A stretch of DNA of 64,000 bases, from IMG/VR virus record IMGVR_UViG_3300012204_000008, positions 41,458-105,457 of that record; one strand, given 5' to 3'. Below the pieces are notes generated by a model, which was given only the letters and a program-made list of their open reading frames with translations, made no database searches and was not told where the DNA came from. This document shows, piece by piece, positions 33,576 to 44,052 of the stretch. The position numbers and the translations under genes are program-made. The DNA comes from a virus. Position 1 is the stretch's first letter. Each line of letters opens with the position of its first letter.

Positions 33576-35011
33576 CAATCACAACACTACGCCCAACCGG
33601 CGCTGAAACAAAGCGCGGACAAATCACTTACTCTTCTGGCACAACAATCGTACCGTTGATTGACGACGAGCCAGCAGTAGATACGTCGTACGTTTCATGT
33701 GCTAACGGCTCACAGTGGCCTGAAACAGCGTTTTGGGTAAACCTTCCAGATAACACCCCTGCTCTTTCTGCCAACCAACGTATCAAGCAAGTACGTATCA
33801 GAGCTAGAGTTCGCCTTAGTACCGCCGATGGTGGGCGCGCTGCTTCCATTACTGTAGACACTCGCGATGACAGAGATGGTACCGGAACACTAGGCGAAAA
33901 GTTTACAACTTCTAACGCCTCAACATTCACTGAGAAGGTAGGAGTCTGGCGCACAAAACCGACGAAGCCTTCCCTGACTGAGCTCAATCAATCAGACCTA
34001 AATCATTATCAAATATACTGCAACTTCTTATATACGTGTTGCGCAGGTATCAGGTCTAATCTCCGCGTCTCTGAACTTTACTTAGACATAGATGTTCGCT
34101 CACTTGGTACGGTCACCGGCGTCGGCGTTACAGGTAACGACACAAGTAGCCGTCCAACTGTTTCGTGGACATTTAATCCAAACGCAGACAACGACATACA
34201 AGCATGGTACTTCGTTAAGATCTTCTCCTCAACCCAGTACACCGCGGCGGGCTTCACCCCCTTCCAAAGCGGAGCTATCTGGGAGTCTCTGTGGCGCGCT
34301 GGCAATGCGGACAATATCGTAGTAGAGACAGATTTAGTTGCAGCCGTAACATATCGCGCTTACGTGATAGCAGGGCAGGATTTCAACGGCCAACGGTGGC
34401 AAACAGCGTATGCCAACTCGGTCGCGTTCACTATGGGTGGAGCAGTTGTTCCAACTCCACTACTCACTGTAACGCCAGACCCTTCTCTTCCATGGCTACG
34501 AAATAAACTTTCCATACGTGGCAACTTCAACATGCTTTCGGCGCAAAATGCTAGTTTCGATGACTCGACGCTCTCAGTGGGCTTATGGACCGCAACCACC
34601 AACTGCACGATTGCGCGAAGTACGACGCAAACGGCCTACGGTGCCGGTTCTATGGCCATGACGGCTACTGGCACATCGGACATGACAGCAGATACGCCAA
34701 GAGGAATTAGCGGTATCCCTGTTCGCGCTGGCCTGACTTATACATTCATGGCTGAGTTTCGAGCGAATACAACAGCTAGAACTGTACTGGTCAATATCGC
34801 GTGGTATAATATTCAAGGTGTAATGCTAAATGGCGGTGCTTACGTAACTGGAGCGACAAAAACAGATAGCAATACTGGCTGGGTACAGTCAACTGGAACC
34901 GCCGTTGCACCAACCGGAACCGCTTTTGCTTCGATAATGGTACAGATAGTTTCACCAGTTGTGGTGGGAGAAATCCATTATGTAGATAAAGTCGGACTCT
35001 TCCCGGCGTAG
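33572..35011 (+). CDS. Minor tail protein with carbohydrate-binding-like domain
   Basis: Follows tape measure; NASFD...W..TNC...GLTYTF.AEF...VDKV CBM-like C-terminus. Confidence 0.7.
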   Translation: MTITTLRPTGAETKRGQITYSSGTTIVPLIDDEPAVDTSYVSCANGSQWPETAFWVNLPDNTPALSANQRIKQVRIRARVRLSTADGGRAASITVDTRDDRDGTGTLGEKFTTSNASTFTEKVGVWRTKPTKPSLTELNQSDLNHYQIYCNFLYTCCAGIRSNLRVSELYLDIDVRSLGTVTGVGVTGNDTSSRPTVSWTFNPNADNDIQAWYFVKIFSSTQYTAAGFTPFQSGAIWESLWRAGNADNIVVETDLVAAVTYRAYVIAGQDFNGQRWQTAYANSVAFTMGGAVVPTPLLTVTPDPSLPWLRNKLSIRGNFNMLSAQNASFDDSTLSVGLWTATTNCTIARSTTQTAYGAGSMAMTATGTSDMTADTPRGISGIPVRAGLTYTFMAEFRANTTARTVLVNIAWYNIQGVMLNGGAYVTGATKTDSNTGWVQSTGTAVAPTGTAFASIMVQIVSPVVVGEIHYVDKVGLFPA

Positions 35012-35019
35012 GAGTTGAA

Positions 35020-36915
35020 GTGGGAACACCTGTCATCGCCAACGTGGGCTTCACGACGACGTGGGACCCGCCAAGCAAAGACTTGTTGATGCCAGGCGTT
35101 CCAGCCGGAGCGTTACTGGTAGTTTCTGCTGCTTCGGATGAAGGCCACACAGACGCCTACACTGTTACTTCTTCCCCCTCGCTTACATGGACAAAACGTC
35201 AAGAGCAGCTTCTTTCAACCTCTGGCTCAGCACTTATAGCCACCGCTTACGCCGCCTCAGCAGGTGACTACACGATAACGGTATCGCGTGTAACAGGTAC
35301 TAGAAATAGATACGTCACCTACGTCATTACAGGACACGATGAACAGACTTTTGGTGGCGCGTCCGCAAAGGGTGGCTCCGCCTCGGCTAGCGCTCCTAGT
35401 GTCAACCTAACGACAACACGGGATAACTCACTTGTAATCGGTGTAGTAGGTGACGACGCAGAGGTTGACGGTTCTGGTCGAGTGTACCGCAACGCACCAG
35501 TTGCAGAAGATCTCTACGGCAGCTCTGGTACAGATGGCTACTGGTGGCATCGCGTTCGCGCTACCAGCGGTTCAGCGGTAGCAGAAGGTCTTACCGCGCC
35601 CAGCAACATGCGCTGGGGCGAATGTGTCATTGAGATTCGCGGACCTCTTGACAGCCCAAGTGGTACCTCAGTTGGCTGGTCACCGGGTGGATTAATGGGC
35701 ATCGGCCAAACTATTCTAGAACGCTCATGGTCTACAACTGGTAAACGAAATCTCGTCTCGCCGCAATTGTACGGTGGTGGAGACGTAGAGAAGAGCGCCG
35801 CAGGATTTTATCTACAGCCTGGTGCGGTTTCTACCATCTCGTATGATAGGGGTGAGCTCTGGCACGGAGAAGGTTCTATTAGATGGGACGTAAATGAACT
35901 TGGCACAAAACTCTATATGGGATGGCCCTCTGCGGCATATAATGATCCAGCTCCACTTTATGCATTAGCGGCAGTTCCAGGGCTCCAGTATACATTCGGA
36001 ATCTACGCTAAAGCTGATGCCTCATTTAGCACGCAACTCAACTTGCAAACAATTGACAAGGACGGCAATAATGTCGGCTCCTCAACTAATAGTGGAGCTA
36101 AGACATTAACTACCTCATGGCAACTCGTAACAGCCACAATAACAGTTCCAGTTACAGGAGTCTATGTTAGACCGCATCTAGACAATACTGCCAGCGTTAT
36201 AGATCGTCGAGTATGGGTGGATGCTGCGCAATGGGTGCAAGATTCCGTGGCAGATACGACACCATATCGCCCGTCAGGAGCACCGGTAATTTGGACTCAG
36301 ATTCGTGGCGCCTCGGAAATTGATGACCCAATTATTTCCGCTAATTCGCCAGATGAATTAGCTACTGTCTGGGATGAAGAGGTCCCACCTGGATATACGA
36401 TAACATATCGCGCAAGAAATGTTCAACCCGAAACAACTACGAGTCCAAAATTGGGTTCTGCCTCAACTCCTTATATACAGACTATGCTAAGTCCACCGGG
36501 GCAAGGAATCTGGGTTTTGAAGGATTTGCATAGTGTTATTGATTATATGCAAGTTTACATAATCGAAATCAGTGAGGAACAGCACACAGAGGCTACTACC
36601 TATTTCCCTATTAGACCGATCTCCTCTACCCTAATAGGGCAAAGACCAGTAGTAATTTCAGATTTCATCGGAGGACATGACGGGTCATTGACTATAGTGG
36701 CTAGAGGGTTTGAGGAATGGGACAGACTACAGAGGCTTCTCGCTGCCACACAAACTCTATGGATAGTTTTTCCAGACTTCGGTGCGCGTTATATCTCTAT
36801 CACTAGTCGTACTTGGGGGCGGAGGCATTTCTTCCCTGGAGAATGTGAAGGTTTGGACGGATGGTTGCGAACAGTAACGCTTAGCTTCCTAGAAGTTGAT
36901 AGGCCGTCGGTATGA
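35020..36915 (+). CDS. Minor tail protein
   Basis: Beta-rich, CBM-like segment (PGLQYTFGIY...WVDAAQW), C-terminal FLEVDRP. Confidence 0.7.
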   Translation: MGTPVIANVGFTTTWDPPSKDLLMPGVPAGALLVVSAASDEGHTDAYTVTSSPSLTWTKRQEQLLSTSGSALIATAYAASAGDYTITVSRVTGTRNRYVTYVITGHDEQTFGGASAKGGSASASAPSVNLTTTRDNSLVIGVVGDDAEVDGSGRVYRNAPVAEDLYGSSGTDGYWWHRVRATSGSAVAEGLTAPSNMRWGECVIEIRGPLDSPSGTSVGWSPGGLMGIGQTILERSWSTTGKRNLVSPQLYGGGDVEKSAAGFYLQPGAVSTISYDRGELWHGEGSIRWDVNELGTKLYMGWPSAAYNDPAPLYALAAVPGLQYTFGIYAKADASFSTQLNLQTIDKDGNNVGSSTNSGAKTLTTSWQLVTATITVPVTGVYVRPHLDNTASVIDRRVWVDAAQWVQDSVADTTPYRPSGAPVIWTQIRGASEIDDPIISANSPDELATVWDEEVPPGYTITYRARNVQPETTTSPKLGSASTPYIQTMLSPPGQGIWVLKDLHSVIDYMQVYIIEISEEQHTEATTYFPIRPISSTLIGQRPVVISDFIGGHDGSLTIVARGFEEWDRLQRLLAATQTLWIVFPDFGARYISITSRTWGRRHFFPGECEGLDGWLRTVTLSFLEVDRPSV

Positions 36916-36927
36916 TAAGAGCGAGAT

Positions 36928-38088
36928 ATGTGGCCTACTTCTGAGAGATTCAAAAGCGCTATTAAAGGAAATCATAACGTAGCAATCAAAGCAGAAGTTC
37001 TGCAAGACGGCGTTGTGATATATGATTTAACCGAAGCCGGCGTGGTGATAGACGGAAGCGTTTCCGCTTCACACTCCGCAACAGAACGCACAGGTGGAAT
37101 TTCTTTAATAGATCGCGATAGAAGTTTGACGCCCACTGATATAGATGATCTACTTGTACCAGGTGGAAATGAAATAAGACTATGGAGAGGAGTTTACTTC
37201 TCTGATGCCACAGAACAAGATAGGAGGGATGAAACAGATAAAGAGTTAATTCCCCTTGGAACCTTTCGTTTTACAAATGTAGCAGCTTCACCACCTAGTA
37301 TTACGATCCATGAAATGTATGATAGATCCTGGGTCGTTTCTGGTGAGAAATTTGAAAATGTTACAACTATTGCGGCAGGAACCTTACTTACTGAAGCAAT
37401 AGAGTCTCTTCTTAAGAAGGCTATGCCATCTGTTGAAACTAACTTTCCAGATACAGATGAAACAACACTCGCAATGATATTTGAAGCAGAATCTGACCCA
37501 TGGGAAATTTGCCAACTTCTTGCGGCTAACTTAGGTATGCGCCTATTCTTTAATCAAATGGGCGTATGTGTAATGACCCAAGAAGCTGAACCAGATATTG
37601 ATCCAGTTGTATGGAGTTTTGATAACACGAGTATAGAAGATCCAAGTATAGCAATAGGACACCCAGAATTTGATTGGCAAGGAACCAGTTTCAACAAAAT
37701 AATAGTGATCGCAGAAAATTCCAATCTTGCTACACCATTACGCGCTGTAGCAACAGACTCAGATCCAAAGAGTATCACTAAGTATGGTGGAAAATATGGC
37801 CGCCGCCTCGCTCCAATTATTCGCGACGAGAAAATCGCAACTCAAGCGCAGGCTAACGCTAGGGCCAAGAAGGAACTCCAACAACAACTAGGTTTAGTAC
37901 AGCAACTTTCAATTAACTCCCTAGTAAACCCAGCATTTGAGATTGATGACTTGGTAGAGATCGTTTATGAAGACGGAGATATCTCTATTTCCCAAGTTCA
38001 TATAATAGATAACTTCCAAGTACCTATCAGAGCTTCAAGTTCCATGAAACTTCAAACTAGAATAAGACAGGTGGTGACACTAGAATGA
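36928..38088 (+). CDS. Minor tail/baseplate hub protein (DUF5047-like)
   Basis: MWPTSERFKSAI.G.H, GNEIRLWRG, IPLGTF, NPAFEIDD. Confidence 0.7.
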   Translation: MWPTSERFKSAIKGNHNVAIKAEVLQDGVVIYDLTEAGVVIDGSVSASHSATERTGGISLIDRDRSLTPTDIDDLLVPGGNEIRLWRGVYFSDATEQDRRDETDKELIPLGTFRFTNVAASPPSITIHEMYDRSWVVSGEKFENVTTIAAGTLLTEAIESLLKKAMPSVETNFPDTDETTLAMIFEAESDPWEICQLLAANLGMRLFFNQMGVCVMTQEAEPDIDPVVWSFDNTSIEDPSIAIGHPEFDWQGTSFNKIIVIAENSNLATPLRAVATDSDPKSITKYGGKYGRRLAPIIRDEKIATQAQANARAKKELQQQLGLVQQLSINSLVNPAFEIDDLVEIVYEDGDISISQVHIIDNFQVPIRASSSMKLQTRIRQVVTLE

Positions 38089-38813
38089 CCAATCCCCAGC
38101 TCCATGACCCGCGCCATATAGAATCTAGTATTAGAGAATGTAATAGACAACTTACCAATGAAATAATGTTTGAGAAGCAATGGCCTACCCTGCGCGGCGT
38201 GCAACTTAGGCAAGGAATCGTGCAAGCCGTTGACAGCACGTTGCGTCAATGCTCAATCTACCTGGGTGGAGATACGGACGTTCAGATCAACGGCGTGCCT
38301 GTACTGACATCATATGTTCCAGTTATAGGTGACAACGTGTGGCTGCTACAGAACGGTTCGGACCTCATCGCGATCGGTACGGTTAGTATTGCCGGACCAA
38401 ATTTCTATGCCGAGCGAAAGACGTACGCGACTGGCCCGGAAACAACTACCTCTGCCTCATTCGTTCAAATAACGTCTGGTTCGCCTAGCATTTCTTTTAC
38501 CAAGAGATGGGACGACACTGAGCTGAGACTTTCTCTCCTAACAACGTGCTACGTCTCTATCGCCGCCGCCACTGAAGTAGAGCTAGGTATTAATGTCGGA
38601 GGAACAGACAAAGCCATCACCTCATTCTACTTCAACAACGTTGGTGAGCACTTGACTATGGGCGGTGAGATCAGACACACGGTCGGCGGTGGCCCGATCG
38701 CTGGAACATATACCTGCGTTCCAGTCTGGCGACGAAAAAGCGGTACTGGAACAATAACCAGAAACGAAGGAGACGCGATGTTCTTTGCGGTAGAGGAGAT
38801 GATGCAGACATGA
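38085..38813 (+). CDS. Minor tail protein
   Basis: SYVPVIGDNVWL OB-like N-terminus; operon context. Confidence 0.6.
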   Translation: MTNPQLHDPRHIESSIRECNRQLTNEIMFEKQWPTLRGVQLRQGIVQAVDSTLRQCSIYLGGDTDVQINGVPVLTSYVPVIGDNVWLLQNGSDLIAIGTVSIAGPNFYAERKTYATGPETTTSASFVQITSGSPSISFTKRWDDTELRLSLLTTCYVSIAAATEVELGINVGGTDKAITSFYFNNVGEHLTMGGEIRHTVGGGPIAGTYTCVPVWRRKSGTGTITRNEGDAMFFAVEEMMQT

Positions 38814-39151
38814 CAATTTCGCTTCAAGAACAGAGTTACCTAGCTAACAAAGACGAAGTCTTTCGCAGTCGTATCGCTTCAGCACTTACTGATCAGGCAG
38901 TGACTAAATATCAAGCAACACCGCTACCTGACGCGAACGATCAGGCCAAACGTATGGCTTTCATTATTGATATCATCCAAGATATCAATAGAGTTCTTAC
39001 GCCATATGCGCGAGTATTAGTAACTCGTGCGGCGATCGAAAATGCTGCAAATATCGATGCAATTACAGACGCCAATATTGAAGCTGCAATGGGCGGCATC
39101 TTTGATGACTTCGCCAAGATCATTAAAACACCACCGCCAACGGTGACTTAA
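38810..39151 (+). CDS. Hypothetical protein (tail-associated)
   Basis: ATGA overlap, GAGGAG RBS. Confidence 0.55.
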   Translation: MTISLQEQSYLANKDEVFRSRIASALTDQAVTKYQATPLPDANDQAKRMAFIIDIIQDINRVLTPYARVLVTRAAIENAANIDAITDANIEAAMGGIFDDFAKIIKTPPPTVT

Positions 39152-39152
39152 A

Positions 39153-40271
39153 ATGCAAGACGACTTTAGTTTCCTACCCGTTAATGAATCTATTTTCACT
39201 GACATTTCACAAGCACTAGCCTTTGCGCGAGCAGAGCATCTTTCTCGATCACGTGACTGGACAGGAATGTGTTTAGCCTTCTCTCGTTCTTGCTGGCAAG
39301 TTCCACCTCTGTATGGAAACGCTACGGAAGGGTGGATGGCAACTAAGAATCGTGGGACCGGTACTTCCCCACCTGGAGCATTAGAATGGTGGACGGGAGG
39401 ATCAAGAGGATATGGGCATGTTGCCTTATCCGCTGGATCAGAAGAAATATGGACTTCGGATTTAATTCGCCAAGGGCAAATAGACTTAGCTCAGAGAAGT
39501 ATTGTTTCCCAAAAATGGGGACTAAGTTATGCTGGCTGGTCTAGAGACATCAATGAAGTAAAGGTTTTAGATTCACTTTCTCAGGAGACCACCATGATTG
39601 AAGGATGCGATTATTCTTATGCACGCCCTAATCTTTCATGCTTATTTTCTCCTCCATACAACATGCGTTTTGTCGTTAGATACGTACAGAATAGACCGAT
39701 AGAAAAAAATATGACGGCCGCTGAGACCAAGAGCCTCGCTGCTGCCGGTTTCTCAATTGTAACGGTTTGCCAACAAGGAACTTCCCCAATGCTGGACGGC
39801 CGTAATCGTGGAATTGAACTAGCAACTGGAGCATTAAAAGAAGCAACCACATGTGGGATGCCAGCAGGACGCCCGATCTACTTTGCACTAGATATCGACC
39901 CAAATGCTTTTACCACTACACAATGGACTGCCTGTAAAGAATTTCTAGGCGGCGCTGCAACCGTTATCGGTCTTCGTAACGTTGGAGTTTACGGAGCAAG
40001 AAAAGCGATTGACATACTTTGTCCAGGCTGGGCACCGTGGGGATGGCAAACATACGCTTGGTCGGGTAACGTTTGGTCTGTAAAGGCACAACTTCAACAA
40101 TATAAGAATAATGTAACTATATGTAATGAAAACATAGATCATGACAGAGCAACTGTTACTGATTATGGGCAATGGAAACCAGGGCAGGCAGTCCCAGATA
40201 CTATCCGCCAATTAAATGAACAAGACAAAACTTTTCTTCTAGGTCCATTCGCTCAGGCGGTGAGATTTTAG
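39153..40271 (+). CDS. Endolysin: CHAP-like Cys/His peptidase plus DUF1906/GH25-like glycoside hydrolase
   Basis: GMCLAF...GHVALS...Y.GW; GCDYS...FVVRY...PIYFALD...GVYG...WQTYAWS. Confidence 0.8.
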   Translation: MQDDFSFLPVNESIFTDISQALAFARAEHLSRSRDWTGMCLAFSRSCWQVPPLYGNATEGWMATKNRGTGTSPPGALEWWTGGSRGYGHVALSAGSEEIWTSDLIRQGQIDLAQRSIVSQKWGLSYAGWSRDINEVKVLDSLSQETTMIEGCDYSYARPNLSCLFSPPYNMRFVVRYVQNRPIEKNMTAAETKSLAAAGFSIVTVCQQGTSPMLDGRNRGIELATGALKEATTCGMPAGRPIYFALDIDPNAFTTTQWTACKEFLGGAATVIGLRNVGVYGARKAIDILCPGWAPWGWQTYAWSGNVWSVKAQLQQYKNNVTICNENIDHDRATVTDYGQWKPGQAVPDTIRQLNEQDKTFLLGPFAQAVRF

Positions 40272-41041
40272 TGGAGGAAATAACAGAAATCTCTGGACCG
40301 GCAGCTTGTTGGGCTGGTGAGCAAGACACTAGTGGACAAAGGCCAATCGGTCTAGAAGCAGTCACCACCGGAATCGCCTATCCCAAAGCGAACAGAACAG
40401 CCCAATGGTACGCAGGTTCTTACCCTGGTATCTACATGGGCGGTATAGAGAAGGTCCTCTTACATACTACCGAAACCGGAACTTGGCCCGGTTACGGTGG
40501 TGGCGCTTCCATGCCAAACCTTACTTTCTTTCCTAAGACATTGGAATGGAGGCAACATCAATGGTGTGACTGGAGCGCCAGAGCATTGCGCGACCCAACC
40601 AGTACAGTTGTTCAAGAAAATCGTGATAAAGTTTGTCAAATAGAAATTATAGCCTGTTCAGATCTAGCATGGGCAGACAAATACGGATATCTCAGAGTTA
40701 CAAGAATCTCAGACGCAGCGATAAAGGAGTTAGGAACTTTCATCCGTTGGACGAATATCACTTTTGGAGTGCCACTAGTGAAAGCTCCGATATGGCTTTC
40801 GTATCCTTCCTCTGCTGGTGACAGCGCAGCTCGTATGAGTGGTCCAACCTTTGACGCATTTCGTGGCGTCTGCGGCCATATGCACGCTAGTGGAAATACT
40901 CATGGCGACCCAGACTCTATTCCAATTGATAAAATAATGGCAGCGGCTGGAGCGACTCCAATTCCTCCCTCCACTTTTACACTAACCACAGCCGATCAAA
41001 TATGGTTAACGACAAACTTTGCTCGATCAGTTAATGGATAG
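40271..41041 (+). CDS. N-acetylmuramoyl-L-alanine amidase-like lysin
   Basis: LLHTTE, QIEI, GVCGH.H...N.HGDP zinc-amidase motifs. Confidence 0.8.
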   Translation: MEEITEISGPAACWAGEQDTSGQRPIGLEAVTTGIAYPKANRTAQWYAGSYPGIYMGGIEKVLLHTTETGTWPGYGGGASMPNLTFFPKTLEWRQHQWCDWSARALRDPTSTVVQENRDKVCQIEIIACSDLAWADKYGYLRVTRISDAAIKELGTFIRWTNITFGVPLVKAPIWLSYPSSAGDSAARMSGPTFDAFRGVCGHMHASGNTHGDPDSIPIDKIMAAAGATPIPPSTFTLTTADQIWLTTNFARSVNG

Positions 41042-41050
41042 GAGAGAAAG

Positions 41051-41734
41051 ATGACAACCCCCGGTACTCTTACTGAAACTGACAAGAATTGGATGCTAAC
41101 AGTTCTTGTCCAAGCAATAAGGAGAGAAATGACTAGAATAGTAAGCGTGAATGTCGCTGGTTCTGCCAGTCAATATGTGGTTGGTCCTGGACTTTTCTGG
41201 CACATACCAAGCGGTGCCTCATTGGCCGTATTACGCAAAGTAGGAATTCTTCCGTCAACAACAATTGCACTAACACAGGCAGAATTTGACCTATTGAAAA
41301 GCATGGCAGAAGGTACCAATCCTCTATCCCCTACTACTCCATTCCAATCAGCAGCCGTTAGAACCTATGCTCAAGCGCTTTTCCAAAATCCCACCCTTAC
41401 TGGTCTTTCTAGCCGATATCTACTAGAGCTTCTATGGAGTCGTGTTCTTGGAGAAATCGGTGTTGACTTTGCAGAGGACTCTGCTAAGGCGATGACCGCC
41501 ATTACAGAACTGCAGGCAAGGCCTTTGGCTGATATAGATGAAACTGCACTTGCAACAGCCCTCATATCGGCTGGTCTTGGTGAATTAGATGAAGTAGAGC
41601 TTGCCCGTATCGCGAATGCAGCGGCAAATGAGCTAGACCGTAGAGAGCGGGAACGTCTCGGCCCATCGCCCACTCCTCCAGCCGCCCCAACTCAAACAAT
41701 AGAGACAGAGACTGGAGCAGGAGCTGCCGAATGA
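41051..41734 (+). CDS. Non-catalytic lysin-associated protein
   Basis: No catalytic motif; DIDETALATAL and IANAAANEL..R resemble actinophage lysin C-termini. Confidence 0.5.
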   Translation: MTTPGTLTETDKNWMLTVLVQAIRREMTRIVSVNVAGSASQYVVGPGLFWHIPSGASLAVLRKVGILPSTTIALTQAEFDLLKSMAEGTNPLSPTTPFQSAAVRTYAQALFQNPTLTGLSSRYLLELLWSRVLGEIGVDFAEDSAKAMTAITELQARPLADIDETALATALISAGLGELDEVELARIANAAANELDRRERERLGPSPTPPAAPTQTIETETGAGAAE

Positions 41735-42744
41735 GAGTACTTATAACAGGCGGGGCCGGTTTCGCAGGTCACCACCTAGTTGAGCATCTCCTTACTACAA
41801 CTGACTGGGAAATTGTTGTCCTTGATTCACTAACATACGCCGGTAAGATTGATAGGTTAGTTGACTGTGAGGGATACGATCCAACACGAGTTTCTGTGAT
41901 ATGGCATGATCTTCGCGCACCATTAGACGTCGGTCTTGACAGATCACTTGGTGAAATAACCGCTGTACTACATCTCGCTTCGGCTAGCCATGTAGATAGA
42001 TCGATAACAGAACCAGTTTATTTCATTCAAAATAACGTTTTCGCAACTTTGAACCTGCTAGAATGGGCAAGGACCAGACCAGAACTCACTCACTTCATTC
42101 AGGTTAGTACCGATGAGATATACGGACCGTCACCGGAAGGAGAAGCCCATAGCGAATGGGACCCTCATCTACCATCAAATCCGTACTCAGCTAGTAAAGC
42201 GTGTCAAGAGGATATAACGATTGCATGGTGGCGTACATTCGGTGTTCCTGTCGTTATAACTAATACGATGAACATGTTTGGGCAACGCCAATTCCCTGAA
42301 AAATTCGTCCCAATGGCTATCAAGAAAATTCTTAACGATGAACCAGTTCCTATCCATGCTAAGTTTGATCGTCGAGCTGATACTTGGATTTCAAGTTCAC
42401 GACACTGGCTGCATGCAAGAAATCACGCGGACGCTTTGAAGTGGATCTTAGAGAATGAAAGAGCAGCCATGTTTCCTTATTGCGAACAACCAGATCGCTG
42501 GAATATTGTTGGAGAAGAACATACTGCGGGCGAAATAGCTCAATTAATTGCAACAGTACTTGGGCGAGAAGGTGTAGGTGAGTTTGTCGACTACCACACA
42601 TTACGTCCCGGCCACGACCACAGGTACGCTTTAGACGGCTCAAAACTCCGTGACGCCGGTTGGGAACCCCCAGTTGATTTCCATAAGTCATTGGAGCAAA
42701 CTGTTCAATGGACAGCAAGATTTCCACAATGGTTAGAGTCTTGA
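41731..42744 (+). CDS. rmlB: dTDP-glucose 4,6-dehydratase
   Basis: TGGAGFAG, LTYAG, SHVDRSI, STDEIYG, PYSASK, RPGHDHRY. Confidence 0.92.
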   Translation: MRVLITGGAGFAGHHLVEHLLTTTDWEIVVLDSLTYAGKIDRLVDCEGYDPTRVSVIWHDLRAPLDVGLDRSLGEITAVLHLASASHVDRSITEPVYFIQNNVFATLNLLEWARTRPELTHFIQVSTDEIYGPSPEGEAHSEWDPHLPSNPYSASKACQEDITIAWWRTFGVPVVITNTMNMFGQRQFPEKFVPMAIKKILNDEPVPIHAKFDRRADTWISSSRHWLHARNHADALKWILENERAAMFPYCEQPDRWNIVGEEHTAGEIAQLIATVLGREGVGEFVDYHTLRPGHDHRYALDGSKLRDAGWEPPVDFHKSLEQTVQWTARFPQWLES

Positions 42745-42756
42745 TTGGAGTAGCAA

Positions 42757-43398
42757 ATGAAACGTTTCTTTGCGGTAGCTATAATAGTTACGACCGCATT
42801 GATAATTGGAAGCATGACACCCGCTCAAGCAACACACGCTTGGGGGAATTATCATTGGGCAAGATCCTCCAATCCATTCGTTGTGTCATTGGTAGATCAG
42901 ACCACATATAATGCAGAGTTAATTCAGGCATCAAGTAATTGGTCGCAATCTGCCATACTCGACACGGCAATCGTCTCTTCGTGTAGTAAGCGCTGTGTGT
43001 CTGTTCAGAACGGTTCATATGGACTTACTGGCTGGATAGGACTTGCCACGATTTTTATTGATCCACAAACGAGCCATATCTATAGCGGAACCGTCAAGTT
43101 GAATGACACCTATCTGGTTACCCGCTCTGCTTCAGAACAATGGCCTATATATGTTATGTGCCAAGAGATAGGGCATACACTTGGATTAGACCACCAGGAC
43201 ACGGGTTTCAGAAATTCTAATCTTGGTACCTGCATGGACTATACGAATAATCCGGCACGCGATGACGGAGTTGGTAATAATCTGCGACCTAACGCACATG
43301 ACTATGAAGAGCTTGGTATAATTTATCAGCATCTTGATCGTCGTGGCCGAGGGCATGGCCAGCCGGCGAGCATCACATATATTATCCCTGCTCCATAG
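42757..43398 (+). CDS. Secreted metzincin-like zinc metalloprotease homolog
   Basis: Signal peptide; QEIGHTLGLDH and Met-turn TCMDY. Confidence 0.65.
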   Translation: MKRFFAVAIIVTTALIIGSMTPAQATHAWGNYHWARSSNPFVVSLVDQTTYNAELIQASSNWSQSAILDTAIVSSCSKRCVSVQNGSYGLTGWIGLATIFIDPQTSHIYSGTVKLNDTYLVTRSASEQWPIYVMCQEIGHTLGLDHQDTGFRNSNLGTCMDYTNNPARDDGVGNNLRPNAHDYEELGIIYQHLDRRGRGHGQPASITYIIPAP

Positions 43399-43407
43399 AG
43401 TCATAGT

Positions 43408-44052
43408 ATGAAAAATTATGCGATAATCCTAACCCACAATAGACCAACCCTGCTCTATCAGTGCGTACAATCAATCATTGATCAAGTTGACATGGTCATC
43501 ATAGTAGACAACGCAAGCAATCCATCCGTGAATATTCTTCAAAGCGGTATAGAAGTTATTCGCGATCCTGAGCAACCTCCCAATATCGCAAAGATGTGGA
43601 ATCAGCAAATTAATAGAATAGCAGAGCAAAACTCGCTCGAAGAAATGTGGAACATAGCTTTACTGTGTGATGATACAATAATTCCACCGTATTGGTATAT
43701 CAAGGTCTCTACAGCAATGAGAGACGTTGGAGTTTCAGCGGCCTCAACGCACAGTTATGCACCAATTAGTTCTTCATATCGACTAACTTCCTTAACCAAT
43801 GGCGCAGATAGAATGTGTCCTTGGGCATTTATGATAGCCGGTGAAAGCAGACTGCGTGCTGATGAATCATTGCATTGGTGGTATTGTGATACAGACTTGG
43901 ACTGGCAAGCCCGCGTTAATGGAGGAACATTAATCGTTGACGGACCAATTGTTCCGAATGAGAGAATTGGTGAATACACGCAAAGGCCAGAGCTTAGCCT
44001 CCAGGCTAAAGAAGATGAAAGAACCTTCTACGCAAAGTGGTTCGGAAAGTGA
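43408..44052 (+). CDS. Glycosyltransferase family 2
   Basis: IILTHNRP, IIVDNAS, LCDD, WYCDTD. Confidence 0.8.
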   Translation: MKNYAIILTHNRPTLLYQCVQSIIDQVDMVIIVDNASNPSVNILQSGIEVIRDPEQPPNIAKMWNQQINRIAEQNSLEEMWNIALLCDDTIIPPYWYIKVSTAMRDVGVSAASTHSYAPISSSYRLTSLTNGADRMCPWAFMIAGESRLRADESLHWWYCDTDLDWQARVNGGTLIVDGPIVPNERIGEYTQRPELSLQAKEDERTFYAKWFGK

